DNA from: an uncultured Acidobacteriota bacterium
GTDB taxonomy: Bacteria > Acidobacteriota > UBA6911
Assembly (NCBI GenBank): GCA_963827655.1
Contig: CAWHCF010000008.1
Location: 96,001-160,000 of the forward strand
Reading direction: 5' to 3'
Length of the DNA: 64,000 nucleotides
The notes under the pieces are model-generated. The model made no database searches. It was not told where the DNA came from and saw nothing but the letters and a program-made list of their open reading frames with translations. The stretch's first letter is position 1, and each line of letters begins with the position of its first letter. Shown here piece by piece: positions 40,739-50,652 of this stretch. A program made the translations under genes and the position numbers.

Positions 40739-42709
40739 TTGATGTATACGGATCATATGTTCCGGGATGAGGAAGGGCGTACCTTCTTAAAACGCTGGAC
40801 AGGCTCGTCTTTTGTGTCTGGAATTTCAGATTTGACGTGGAAGGTTTTGCAGGCCGTGAACCGGCGGCTTCCGGAGGGGGAACTTCCCACCCCCCAATGG
40901 GCGCCGGGTAGAATGCTGAAAAGCTACGAACGGTCGGCGCCACCGTTAGGCTTTCCCAGATCCACAGACTCCCTGTGCCCTCGCTGTGTTCCTGAGGTGC
41001 GCAGCGCCATCATCAGGGGCGAAGCGGATCTCAGTATCCTTGCCGCTAACCATCCTGGAGAAATCAAGGCTGAGATCGTCGAGGAAGCCGGCCGCGTCCT
41101 CATGCGCAAGACTTGCCTGAAACATGGGGTATTTGAAGACGTCCTGTCGTCAAACGCCGACTTTAGCCGGCGCATCGAGGGCCTCTTCTTCGGCCGGGAC
41201 TTCAAGTGCGCCGAGGACGAGAAGATTCATCGCCACGGCAGTTCCACCATCAAATTTGGCCGCGGGGCGGTTCTCACTGTCGACCTCACGAATCGCTGTA
41301 ACATGATGTGCAATCCGTGTTTCATGGACGCCAATCAGGTAGGTTATGTCCACCAGCCTGAGTTTGAAGATATCAAGGCGATCCTCGACCGAGCCGTTTC
41401 CTTCAAGCCCCGCCGCCAGGTAATCGTCTTGTTTTCGGGGGGTGAGCCGACCCTCTCTCCGTTCTTCATCGATGCCGTAGCCTACGCCAAGAAGATCGGC
41501 TTCTACCGCATTATGGCCGCGACCAACGGGATCCGCTTTGCCCAGAGTGAAGAGTTCACGCGCGAAGCGCACGAGGCAGGACTCCACGGGGCATACCTCC
41601 AGTTCGACGGAGTCACCAACGAAAAGAATCAGCATCGGGGAGTGGGGAACCTTTTTGACGTGAAACTGCAGGCGGTCGAGAACATGGCCAAAGTGGGGAT
41701 GAAGACCACTCTGGTAACGACCATCGTGAATGGCGTCAATAATGATGGAATCGGCCCGATTGTCGATTTTGCCATTCGCAACATCGACAAGATTCAGACC
41801 ATTGCCTTTCAGCCCGTTTCTTTCACCGGTCGGGATGAGGAGATAGAGGACGAGCTAAGACAGGCGCAACGATACACCCTGGCTCAAATGGTTGAGGATC
41901 TGAAGGTTCAACTCAAGGCCGATTGGGAGCCGATGCGGGACTGGTTTCCGCTCTCGTCGTACAGTGCTTTCACGAGCGTGATGGATCTGCTCCAGGGAGC
42001 GGATGCACCGTGGGGCTGGAGCGCCTGTAACTGCCACCCGAACTGCGGCATATTTACGCTTCTGGTAGTCAATCGGCGAACGCGCGAGTGGATGCCTCTG
42101 TTCAAGTTTTTTGACTACGAGCAGTTTATTCGCGACGTGGCGGTGATTACGGACACGGCGCGAGGAAAGACGATGACCGCCGCTCAGCTGGCGCTTTCAA
42201 TCATGCGCAACTTCAAGGCCGACCGCGCGCCCAGAGGGTTTCCAATTTCGCAGATCGTGAACCTCTTCAGGCCCAGCTCCGAAAGATCGGATAGCGACCG
42301 GAACGACCGTATGAAGACCCGTTCGAAAGAGGACGACTGGCGCGTCCTTTGCGTGGAAGGCATGTGGTTTCAGGACCTCTGGACCTACGATTTCCGCCGC
42401 ACAGAAATGTGCGTCATTCCCTACGGAACGCAGGAAGGAGAAATCTCATTTTGCGCGTACAACACCGGCGTGGGCTGGCGCCAGATCATAGAGAATATGC
42501 ATCAGACCGCAACCCTGGCTGAGTGGCACAAGACCCAGGGACGACACGAAATCTTTGCCAAGGGAAAGTCTGTCCAATTGCCGACGACGGAGCATAGTCT
42601 GGTTCTTCCCGTATTGAACCAAAGCGAAAGCGGGTCAGGGTGCTGCGACAATCCAGGCCTACTGGAAAAGGACCGGGAACTTCTGGCAACTATCAGGACC
42701 AGCCGGTAG
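40739..42709 (+). CDS. Radical SAM enzyme of the tetraether synthase (Tes/GDGT-MAS) family
   Basis: SLCPRC...KTCLKHG rubredoxin-like site, DLTNRCNMMCNPCF, FSGGEPT, ATNGI, YLQFDG, FQPVSFTGR, HPNCG and MWFQD..YDFRR..C..PY....ISFCAYN. Confidence 0.85.
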   Translation: MMYTDHMFRDEEGRTFLKRWTGSSFVSGISDLTWKVLQAVNRRLPEGELPTPQWAPGRMLKSYERSAPPLGFPRSTDSLCPRCVPEVRSAIIRGEADLSILAANHPGEIKAEIVEEAGRVLMRKTCLKHGVFEDVLSSNADFSRRIEGLFFGRDFKCAEDEKIHRHGSSTIKFGRGAVLTVDLTNRCNMMCNPCFMDANQVGYVHQPEFEDIKAILDRAVSFKPRRQVIVLFSGGEPTLSPFFIDAVAYAKKIGFYRIMAATNGIRFAQSEEFTREAHEAGLHGAYLQFDGVTNEKNQHRGVGNLFDVKLQAVENMAKVGMKTTLVTTIVNGVNNDGIGPIVDFAIRNIDKIQTIAFQPVSFTGRDEEIEDELRQAQRYTLAQMVEDLKVQLKADWEPMRDWFPLSSYSAFTSVMDLLQGADAPWGWSACNCHPNCGIFTLLVVNRRTREWMPLFKFFDYEQFIRDVAVITDTARGKTMTAAQLALSIMRNFKADRAPRGFPISQIVNLFRPSSERSDSDRNDRMKTRSKEDDWRVLCVEGMWFQDLWTYDFRRTEMCVIPYGTQEGEISFCAYNTGVGWRQIIENMHQTATLAEWHKTQGRHEIFAKGKSVQLPTTEHSLVLPVLNQSESGSGCCDNPGLLEKDRELLATIRTSR

Positions 42710-42758
42710 CGATAGTGGGAACTGCCCGGAGGGGACACGATGGACTGTCCCCAAAAAC

Positions 42759-42794
42759 AGACGCAGGTTTTCGTGACCTGCGTCTTTTTGTTTT
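42759..42794 (+). terminator. Intrinsic terminator after the radical SAM gene
   Basis: AGACGCAGGT-TTTCGTG-ACCTGCGTCT followed by TTTTGTTTT. Confidence 0.8.
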
Positions 42795-42813
42795 ACCGAG
42801 AGAGTGAACAATA

Positions 42814-43869
42814 ATGGGCCATCGCGTTTCCGAGCTTGCGAGCTTGCTGGGGCTTCCTTTTCGTGGTGATGGAAATCAGCAGGTCGCAAGGGTGTCCAGC
42901 TGGGAGGAAGCCGATCGGTTCTCGTTAGTCTTCAGAGAGAGGGATGCGAGGCGTGGAGTTTTAATGGAACGCCAACCGGCGGCTTGCGTGATCGCCCCGC
43001 CGGACCTGGTTCCACCCGATTGGAACGCCATCCTTTCGGACCAGCCGAAACTGGACTTTGCCAGAGCCGCACAGCTGCTGTCCCCGCGCGTGACTGGTCA
43101 AGGTCTGCGGCATCCCACGGCCGTCATATCGCCCCATGCCACGCTGGCCCAGAATGTCGACATCGGTCCCTACGTCTCAGTAGGGGCCGGAACCAGCATA
43201 GGAAAAGGGGTCATCCTGAGCGCCGGAGTGATAGTGGGCGACGGGTGTATCCTGGGCGAGGAGTGCATACTCTATCCGCGCGTCGTCCTGTACGATGGCG
43301 TGCAGCTTGGTGATCGGGTGATCGTGCACTCCGGGGCGGTGCTCGGAAGCGACGGTTTCGGTTATGTTTTCGACGGAGGCGCGCAGGTCAAGTTTCCGCA
43401 GGTGGGAAAGCTCGTGATCGAGGATGATGTAGAGGTGGGGGCGAATACCACCATCGATAGAGGATCTCTCGGCACCACATGGATTGGAGCGGGAGCAAAG
43501 ATCGACAACCTGGTTCAGGTCGCCCACAACGTTCAGATCGGGCGGGCGGTCGTTATTGCCGCTCAGACAGGAATCTCGGGAAGCACCGTCATTGAAGACC
43601 TCGCCATTATCGGCGGACAGGTTGGTTTTGGGGATCACGCTCGCGTGCAGAAGGGGGCCGTGATCGGTTCCAAGGCAGGCGTTCTGCCGGGAAAAATTGT
43701 TCGCGGAGGGGAAGTGTACTGGGGTGTTCCGGTGCGCCCGCTGCGGGAATTCAAGCGACTGAACGCGCTTTTCGGCCGGCTGCCACAAATGAAAGCCGAA
43801 ATCGACTCGCTCAAACAAGCTCTGGATCAATTGAACCGGGCGTTCCAGAGGATTCAGGACGCGAGATAG
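42814..43869 (+). CDS. lpxD: UDP-3-O-acyl-glucosamine N-acyltransferase
   Basis: Hexapeptide repeats, GSDGFGY, KFPQVG, EVGANTTIDRG and KIDNLVQVAHNV. Confidence 0.95.
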   Translation: MGHRVSELASLLGLPFRGDGNQQVARVSSWEEADRFSLVFRERDARRGVLMERQPAACVIAPPDLVPPDWNAILSDQPKLDFARAAQLLSPRVTGQGLRHPTAVISPHATLAQNVDIGPYVSVGAGTSIGKGVILSAGVIVGDGCILGEECILYPRVVLYDGVQLGDRVIVHSGAVLGSDGFGYVFDGGAQVKFPQVGKLVIEDDVEVGANTTIDRGSLGTTWIGAGAKIDNLVQVAHNVQIGRAVVIAAQTGISGSTVIEDLAIIGGQVGFGDHARVQKGAVIGSKAGVLPGKIVRGGEVYWGVPVRPLREFKRLNALFGRLPQMKAEIDSLKQALDQLNRAFQRIQDAR

Positions 43870-43903
43870 AATTTCCGGCGCCAGGACGCGAAGACGAGGT
43901 CGG

Positions 43904-44908
43904 ATGGCCATCATCGAGGCTCGACAGCTATGCAAAGAGTTCCGAGTCTTTAAGCGGCGTGAAGGCGTTTGGGGGGCGGTAAAGGATCTCTTCCGGCGCG
44001 ACTACGAAACCCTCGCCGCCGTCAATGGGATTGATCTTTCCATCGAGGAAGGCGAATTCGTCGGATACATTGGACCTAACGGAGCCGGAAAATCTACCAC
44101 GATCAAGATGATGACCGGCATTCTCGTCCCCACCTCGGGAGAGATCATCGCCAATGGCTTTAACCCGTACCAGGACCGGACACGATATACCAAGACCATT
44201 GGAGTGGTCTTTGGCCAACGCACCCAGTTGTGGTGGGACATCGCAGTCATCGAAAGTTTCAAGCTCTTGCGCAGAATCTATGATGTCTCACAGGAAGATT
44301 TTCGCCATCGCCTTGGATTCTTCGGCGAACTTCTGGGTCTAGACGAATTCCTGCACACTCCGGTCCGCAAGCTGAGCCTCGGGCAGCGGATGCGCTGCGA
44401 TATCGCGGCGGCTCTGATGCACCACCCGCGAATCCTCTTCCTCGACGAACCGACTATCGGTCTCGACGTCGTGGCCAAGGCTCGGATTCGGGAGTTTCTA
44501 AAAGAGATCAATCGTACCCTGCGCTCGACAATCCTGCTTACTACTCATGACCTCTCCGACATAGAGGAGCTCTGCCGGCGGATCGTAATCATCGATCAAG
44601 GCAAGCTTCTTTACGACGGGTCGCTGGACGGACTGCGGCAGCGACTGGGACGTTTCAATCAGATCAGCATCCATTTGCAGGACCGCCATCACAGGCAGCA
44701 ACTCGATCGGGAACTGGCCAGCGGCAATGGTATTCAATGGGAGCGTGTGGACGATTTGACTTATCGCATTCGCTACAACCGCGAACAGGTTTCATCAGCC
44801 GAGATTATTCGCAAGATCGTCAATACGGTCCCGGTCCGCGATATTTATATCGAGGCCCAGCCGATCGAGGATATCGTCAAGACTATCTACAGTCGCGGGC
44901 TGGACTGA
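43904..44908 (+). CDS. ABC transporter ATP-binding protein
   Basis: GPNGAGKSTT, VVFGQRTQLWWD, LSLGQRMR and LFLDEPTIGLD motifs. Confidence 0.95.
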   Translation: MAIIEARQLCKEFRVFKRREGVWGAVKDLFRRDYETLAAVNGIDLSIEEGEFVGYIGPNGAGKSTTIKMMTGILVPTSGEIIANGFNPYQDRTRYTKTIGVVFGQRTQLWWDIAVIESFKLLRRIYDVSQEDFRHRLGFFGELLGLDEFLHTPVRKLSLGQRMRCDIAAALMHHPRILFLDEPTIGLDVVAKARIREFLKEINRTLRSTILLTTHDLSDIEELCRRIVIIDQGKLLYDGSLDGLRQRLGRFNQISIHLQDRHHRQQLDRELASGNGIQWERVDDLTYRIRYNREQVSSAEIIRKIVNTVPVRDIYIEAQPIEDIVKTIYSRGLD

Positions 44909-44915
44909 GCCTGGG

Positions 44916-45719
44916 ATGAAACGAAAGTTCGAGCTGTATTTTGAATTCGCCAGGGTAGCTTTCCTCAAGATTCTGGCTTATCGCCTTCGGTACTTCACCG
45001 GCATCGTGTCTTATCTGGTCAATGTCTCCGTCTACTACTTCATCTGGCAGGCTATTTATGCCCAGAGCGCTCAGATTGCCGGGTTCAACCTGTCGCAGAT
45101 CGTCACTTACGTGGCGGTGGGCTGGATTATCCGCTCGTTTTATTTCAACAACATCGACCGCGAAATCGCGGCGGAGGTAATCGAGGGAAAGATTGCCGTC
45201 AACCTGATCAAGCCCGTGGATCAGCAACTGATGTACCTCTCTCAAACCGTCGGCGAATGTTGTTTCCGCGCCGTACTTTTTACTCTGCCGGTCGGCCTGG
45301 TCGTGTTTCTGATCTATCCCGTAGGATTGCCTTCCTCGGCCTCGTCTGCCGGTTTGTTTGTCCTGAGCACCGTTTTGGCTCTTCTTATCTTTGCCTGTAT
45401 CAATTTCATCGTGGGTACGTTCGCGCTGCAGCTTCAATCGATCGTGGGAGTGATCCGGGCGAAGTATTTCGTGGTCGAGTTCCTGTCGGGACTCCTGCTT
45501 CCGATTACCTTTTTCCCGGCCAGCTTCCAGCGTATCCTTTCCTACCTTCCGTTCCCCCATATAAGCTATACGCCGCTTCAGATCTACCTGGGCAGGTTGG
45601 AAGGAAAGGCCGCGTGGCAGGCGCTGGCAGTCCAATGCCTCTGGGTCGCCGTGCTGTTTCTTACCGGCAAATCATGCTGGAAATTCTTCACCAAGCGGTT
45701 ATCGATCCAGGGAGGATAG
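44916..45719 (+). CDS. ABC-2 (DUF990-like) permease
   Basis: Multi-TM protein, LAYR, G.IAVNLIKP, FLSGLLLP and terminal IQGG. Confidence 0.9.
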   Translation: MKRKFELYFEFARVAFLKILAYRLRYFTGIVSYLVNVSVYYFIWQAIYAQSAQIAGFNLSQIVTYVAVGWIIRSFYFNNIDREIAAEVIEGKIAVNLIKPVDQQLMYLSQTVGECCFRAVLFTLPVGLVVFLIYPVGLPSSASSAGLFVLSTVLALLIFACINFIVGTFALQLQSIVGVIRAKYFVVEFLSGLLLPITFFPASFQRILSYLPFPHISYTPLQIYLGRLEGKAAWQALAVQCLWVAVLFLTGKSCWKFFTKRLSIQGG

Positions 45720-45722
45720 AGA

Positions 45723-45921
45723 TGACGATTGACGATTGACGATTGACGATTGAAGTGTGGCGGCGGCCGGACGATAGCGTTTCATTCGTCAGTCGTCCAT
45801 CGTCGGTTCTAGATTACCAGAAAGGTTGGAATTGATAGAGAGTGGCAGGAGATTGACCGATTGAAGCGGCTAACGGGGGCATTGGGTTTCAATCGTCAAT
45901 CGTCAATCGTAAATCGTCAAT
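45723..45921. repeat. Inverted heptamer-repeat element (TGACGAT type)
   Basis: (TGACGAT)x4 at 45723 and a complementary ATCGTCA array at 45889-45921, with degenerate units inside. Confidence 0.9.
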
Positions 45922-45925
45922 TGGA

Positions 45926-46717
45926 ATGAAGAACCTGATTGTTTTGCTCTGGCAGTACTTCGGACAATACGCGAAGACTCGACTTGCCTACAAGACCGAT
46001 TTCTTTGTGGCCTGTTTTAGCAGCATTCTCGCGACAGTGGCGGGTTACGGGTTTGTTTTGGTGCTCTTCACCCGGATTCCGCATCTGAAGGGTTGGAGCT
46101 TCGAAGAGGTGCTCTTTGTCTACGGCTTCTCCCTGATTCCGATGGGACTCTTCAACATCGTCAGCCTGAACTTATACGAGTTCGGTGATGCCTACATCAT
46201 CGATGGTAAGTTCGATCGAGTTCTTCTCCGCCCGGTTCCCTCCCTGTTTCAGATCCTGTTCGAAACCTTCCGCCTGGAGTCGCTGCAGGAGGTTGTCACC
46301 GGATTGCTGGCCGTCGGCTACTGCTCGATGAAGCTGGATATCCCTTGGAACGTTGCGAACATGCTACTCTTTCCGGTTCTGATTCTTTGCGGGGCGGTAA
46401 TTTATGTGTTTGTATTTGTGATCATCGCCAGTGTGAACTTCTGGGTCGAAGACCGGATCGGGATTGCGCCTCCCGTCTACAACATGATTGCTTTCGGGCG
46501 CTACCCGGTTACCATCTATAATGTTTTTATACAGTTCATTTTGAATTGGATCATTCCATTCGCATTCGCCTCTTTCTACCCGACGGTCCGTTTTCTGGGG
46601 AGAAAGGAGTTCATGAATCACTTTTATCTGATCCCGGTCGTGACCGGCACCGTGGTGGTTCTCGGCATGCTGGTCTGGCAACGAGGGGTTCGTGAGTACA
46701 AGAGTACAGGGAGCTAA
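45926..46717 (+). CDS. ABC-2 (DUF990-like) permease
   Basis: GWSFEEV, GKFDRVLLRP, RYPVTIY, IPFAFASFYP and terminal YKSTGS. Confidence 0.9.
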   Translation: MKNLIVLLWQYFGQYAKTRLAYKTDFFVACFSSILATVAGYGFVLVLFTRIPHLKGWSFEEVLFVYGFSLIPMGLFNIVSLNLYEFGDAYIIDGKFDRVLLRPVPSLFQILFETFRLESLQEVVTGLLAVGYCSMKLDIPWNVANMLLFPVLILCGAVIYVFVFVIIASVNFWVEDRIGIAPPVYNMIAFGRYPVTIYNVFIQFILNWIIPFAFASFYPTVRFLGRKEFMNHFYLIPVVTGTVVVLGMLVWQRGVREYKSTGS

Positions 46718-47465
46718 AATCCAGAAGGAGGGACGCCCAGTCGCGGGGGACGATTCCATTGAGCTGGAGTGGATTTGCCGTTCGGTCCTGCCGGCGATGT
46801 CCCCTTCGTTTCGGGATGGCGGGATCGTTGCTTCTTTTTATCCTTATATCGGTCTGACCCACACGATCCGGCGCCGGAAGGGCGAGTGGGTCATTCGCGT
46901 AAGCGACCACTGCCGGCTCGCTCCCGGGTTGGTTCTTGAGGCTATCGCAATCATCCTTGGTTGCAAGATCCTGCGCCGCCGTCCTCCCATCCGAATGCTG
47001 GACGTGTATGACCAATTCTGCCGGGATCCTGCAGTGCAGGCGCGAGTGCAAGGCCGGCGGAGGCTGCGCGGGCAGAAACGGTTACACACCGTCGAAGGGC
47101 GGCATCACGATCTGGCGGCGATCTATCACAGCCTGAATGAGCAGTACTTCGGTAGACAGGTCGAAATCGACAAAGTCGGATGGGGATTGCGCGCGAGCTG
47201 GCGCCGACTGGGGCACTACGATCCCCTGCACCAGACCATCACGGTAAGCCCCGTGCTTGATTCTCCCAGGGTTCCGCAATCGGTCCTTGCGTACCTGGTC
47301 TATCACGAAATGCTGCATGCTGTGTTTGAAGATACCGCGGGTCCCGGGAGGAAGCGTCATCACCCGCCCGAGTTCAGGCGGGCCGAGCGCGCGTATCCGA
47401 CATATGATTCGGCCAGGAAATTCCTGGATAGATTCTGCCAGAACAGAGCCCAGGAACCCGACTGA
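46692..47465 (+). CDS. SprT/YgjP-like zinc metalloprotein (start uncertain)
   Basis: LNEQYF, RLGHYD, YLVYHEMLH (HExxH) and HPPEFRRAER. Confidence 0.75.
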   Translation: MSTRVQGAKIQKEGRPVAGDDSIELEWICRSVLPAMSPSFRDGGIVASFYPYIGLTHTIRRRKGEWVIRVSDHCRLAPGLVLEAIAIILGCKILRRRPPIRMLDVYDQFCRDPAVQARVQGRRRLRGQKRLHTVEGRHHDLAAIYHSLNEQYFGRQVEIDKVGWGLRASWRRLGHYDPLHQTITVSPVLDSPRVPQSVLAYLVYHEMLHAVFEDTAGPGRKRHHPPEFRRAERAYPTYDSARKFLDRFCQNRAQEPD

Positions 47466-47512
47466 CCCTGGGTCTTTTCGCCTTGTTCGCAGAAAGAAGA
47501 TGAGGCTGAGAA

Positions 47513-48154
47513 ATGAGATGTTCACTGTGTAATCAGCGGAAAGGGAAGAGGCATTGCCCGGCCAAGAACGCAATGATCTGCGCCCAGTGTTGCGGCGAGA
47601 AGCGCATCCTGGAAATTGACTGCCCCGAGACCTGTCAATACCTTCAGATTGGACGTAGCCACGAAGCCAGTCAGGAGGGTGCGCGCCACTTATGGCGCGC
47701 GGATCCGATGAAACAGGGAAAGTATGATCGCGTCCTTTCGGAGTTTCCGGAGGTTGTTTCCCGGCTTCAGTTTCGTCTGGCCGAAGAGCGATGGGGATCG
47801 CGCGACTTGACCGACAGGGATGTCGCCGAAGCCTTGGGCCTGCTGCTTGAAACCTATCGGACAGAGGATCGAGGCGTCCTCTACGATCACGTTTCCAATG
47901 ATCTCAGGGTGGACTCGCTGCGGAGGCAACTCCGAGATTTGATGGAGGCACTCCGGAACCCTGAAGAATCCGGTGAAAAACGGCTTCTCTTGCGGGACGC
48001 TATCGACTGCCTGGAGTTCATGCACGACTGGGTGACGAGTCACATGAAGGATCGGCTGGCGTCGATGAGCTTTATTGATTTTCTAGCTCGACATGTTCCT
48101 CGTCCAAACCAGGTGAAGGATTCCGGATCTTCCATCATCATTCCGGGCCGTTGA
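47513..48154 (+). CDS. Hypothetical protein with Cys-rich N-terminal zinc-binding domain
   Basis: CSLC..KRHCPA..ICAQCCG..IDCPETCQYL; terminal IIIPGR. Confidence 0.75.
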   Translation: MRCSLCNQRKGKRHCPAKNAMICAQCCGEKRILEIDCPETCQYLQIGRSHEASQEGARHLWRADPMKQGKYDRVLSEFPEVVSRLQFRLAEERWGSRDLTDRDVAEALGLLLETYRTEDRGVLYDHVSNDLRVDSLRRQLRDLMEALRNPEESGEKRLLLRDAIDCLEFMHDWVTSHMKDRLASMSFIDFLARHVPRPNQVKDSGSSIIIPGR

Positions 48155-48295
48155 TTTCTTGGCGTCCTTAGGCGCTTAGTGAAACGTTCAAACCGACATG
48201 TTCTCGTTCGCGAGGGCCTTTCGTTCGGGGCGAAGTCCCCGAACGAACCTTAGCATCTTCCAGTGGTTTTCATTGCGGTATTGTTGCCACACACT

Positions 48296-49297
48296 ATGGT
48301 ACTGGCCAGGTATAACTGCGACAGGAACCGACTGATCGAAGCGGTAGGCCGATTTAGCCGAAAGCGAATTCTGGTTATCGGCGACGTGATGCTGGACCGT
48401 TTCATCTGGGGTGCTGTCTCCAGAATCAGTCCGGAAGCGCCGGTTCCGGTCGTCGAAATTCGGAGTGAAAGCACCTGCCTGGGCGGCGCCGCCAACGTTT
48501 CTGCCAACGTGAGCAGTCTTGGCGCTGTTCCGATTCCCATCGGGGTGGTTGGGAGCGATTTCGAAGGGAAGCGGCTTCAGGAGGAGTTTCGCGCGCTGGG
48601 AGCTCCTGTGACCGGGCTGGTCGCTGACCGCGAGCGCGCAACCAGCGTCAAGACACGCATAATCGCGCATAACCAGCAGGTCTGCCGCACCGACCGCGAG
48701 GACCGGATGCCGCTTTCGGCCGCCATTCAGGAAAGAATATTCCGCCAATTCAAAGCCGCGCTAGAAAGGGCCGACGCGATCATTATTTCAGATTACGCCA
48801 AGGGACTTCTCTCCAGGCCTCTGCTCCGGAAGATCCTGCCCGCGGCGCGAGCTGCGGGGAAGATCGTGTGCATCGATCCCAAACTTCGGAACCTTGCCGC
48901 CTACCAGCCGGCCACGGTCATCACGCCCAATACACAGGAAGCAGAGCGGGCCTCCGGAATTGCGATTTCCAATACGCGAGAACTGGTGCTCGCAGGCAAA
49001 AAGATCATCAGACTAACCCGAGTGCGGTACTTGCTTGTGACGCGCGGAGAAAAAGGAATGGCTCTTTTTGAAGGGGACTCCCGTGTGACGCACATTCCAA
49101 CGGTAGCCCGGGAAGTATTCGATGTTACCGGCGCCGGCGACACGGTGATTTCCACGCTTGCTTTAGGGCTAGTGTCGCGTCTGTCGATCCTGGAAGCAGC
49201 CGTGCTGTCGAATATTGCGGCCGGTATCGTGGTAGGGAAGCTTGGCACAGCCTCGGTGACACCAGAGGAGCTAGTCTCGCGGGTTCGAGATTCCTGA
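48296..49297 (+). CDS. rfaE1: D-glycero-D-manno-heptose-7-phosphate kinase (RfaE domain I)
   Basis: GDVMLDRF, RISPEAPVPVV, GGAANV, SDYAKG, ITPN and DVTGAGDTV motifs. Confidence 0.95.
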   Translation: MVLARYNCDRNRLIEAVGRFSRKRILVIGDVMLDRFIWGAVSRISPEAPVPVVEIRSESTCLGGAANVSANVSSLGAVPIPIGVVGSDFEGKRLQEEFRALGAPVTGLVADRERATSVKTRIIAHNQQVCRTDREDRMPLSAAIQERIFRQFKAALERADAIIISDYAKGLLSRPLLRKILPAARAAGKIVCIDPKLRNLAAYQPATVITPNTQEAERASGIAISNTRELVLAGKKIIRLTRVRYLLVTRGEKGMALFEGDSRVTHIPTVAREVFDVTGAGDTVISTLALGLVSRLSILEAAVLSNIAAGIVVGKLGTASVTPEELVSRVRDS

Positions 49298-49306
49298 CGA
49301 CCTTAA

Positions 49307-49492
49307 GGCCTGGTTTCTCTTGGCTGCGTAGTCCGGCACCCTCAGGATCGCGCCCCTTCGGGCTGCGGCCCGCAGGCCTGCTGGCTTTGTTGCTCGCTCC
49401 TCACGTACCGACCCGCGTACGCATCGTCGCTCGCGCCTCGCCAGCGTGCCTGGGGCCTGCCGCAGAACGTGAGCTTATTTCTGCGCGAACCC
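49307..49492. mobile_element. Divergent, left-truncated copy of the 233-bp MITE
   Basis: Core AGGATCGCGCCCCTTCGGGCTGCGGCCCGCAGG... and right TIR TATTTCTGCGCGAACCC + TAA are retained. The left end differs but is also preceded by TAA. Confidence 0.8.
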
Positions 49493-50652
49493 TAAGAAGG
49501 GCTCTTGGCGTCTGCGCGTCGTTGGGATAAGCCTGCGGTCCGGGCCAGGATTCGCTCGCACGCTTCAAAAACTCTTTCGACCGAGATCTCCAGGATGCAC
49601 TTCGGCTCTCCAAAGGCCTCGCAGGTATATCCCGGGCAGGGCATGCATGGCAGATCGGACCGAACCAGTTCATAGTCCGTGCCCCACGGATGCCAGGCGA
49701 CAAAGTTCGAAGATCCCCACACCACGACGACCGGTTTCATGAGCGCCGCGGCTGCATGAGTCGCACCGCCGTCGTTTCCTACAAAAAGCCGGCAATCCTG
49801 AATGAGAGCGAAGAGCCCGGCGGCATCAAGATCCGACCAGTAGAAATGGCTCCTGGACGCGCTGTGCGCTATCTTGTGCAAGGTACGGGATTCGTGAGGG
49901 GCTCCTGTGAACACTACCGGCAGCCCGTACCGCTGCTCAAGCCGATCTCCCAGCTGGGCGAACTTTCCTTCTTCCCACTGCTTGGTAAAAAGGGTTGCGG
50001 TGGGCGCTATCAAGAAATAGTGGTCGAGCCTGATGCCGCTGCGCCGAAGCCGGTCTCGCACTCGATCGGTGGCGAGCGGATCGATCTGCAGAGTGCTGCG
50101 CGGTTTGTCCGAAACGGGAAGCCCGAGCCAGCGAAGAAGCGTCAGCTGGTGTTCAACTGTGTGAAGACGGCTTCGCTGCCAGACTTCCGAAGCCGGGGGG
50201 ATGCGGACGTTGTACGCCCATGCGGCACGATAGCTTGCGTGGCCGATCCGGAGCTTTGCTCCGCTTGCGAGCGTGAACAGCAGCGAGGTTGTGCCGCCAT
50301 GGAGGTTCAGGACCGCCCCGTACTGCCGCCGGCGAATCTCGAGGAGCGCTCGAATTCGATTCCAGCCGCCGGAAGAGTGGTTTCGCGGTCTGACGATCAG
50401 TGTTTCGTGAACAGCGGGATGGCGCGAGAAAACCGAAGCGTAAGGGGTCTCGCTGAGTACGTCCAGAGCTAAATCCGGGCGCCACCCGTGAAGCGACTCG
50501 ATCAGTGGAAGAGTGAGGATCGAATCTCCGAGTGAACGCAGGCGGATGAGGAGAATCCGAGGAATTTGCTGCAGTACTCCAGCTAAGTCAGCCGGATTGC
50601 GGATTGCGGATTGCGGATTGCGGATTAAACCATCGTGGCGAGCAAATTTCAT
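49492..50652 (-). CDS. Glycosyltransferase family 9 (LPS heptosyltransferase-like; start uncertain)
   Basis: ILLIRLRSLGDSILTLP, KQW, FVGNDGGATHAAAAL and CMPC...CILEISVERV. Confidence 0.9.
   Translation of the reverse strand: MKFARHDGLIRNPQSAIRNPADLAGVLQQIPRILLIRLRSLGDSILTLPLIESLHGWRPDLALDVLSETPYASVFSRHPAVHETLIVRPRNHSSGGWNRIRALLEIRRRQYGAVLNLHGGTTSLLFTLASGAKLRIGHASYRAAWAYNVRIPPASEVWQRSRLHTVEHQLTLLRWLGLPVSDKPRSTLQIDPLATDRVRDRLRRSGIRLDHYFLIAPTATLFTKQWEEGKFAQLGDRLEQRYGLPVVFTGAPHESRTLHKIAHSASRSHFYWSDLDAAGLFALIQDCRLFVGNDGGATHAAAALMKPVVVVWGSSNFVAWHPWGTDYELVRSDLPCMPCPGYTCEAFGEPKCILEISVERVFEACERILARTAGLSQRRADAKSPS

Noticed and set aside
45723-45921. Repeat arrays as CRISPR
   Set aside because: Units are 7-9 bp tandem repeats without unique spacers, and no cas genes are present.
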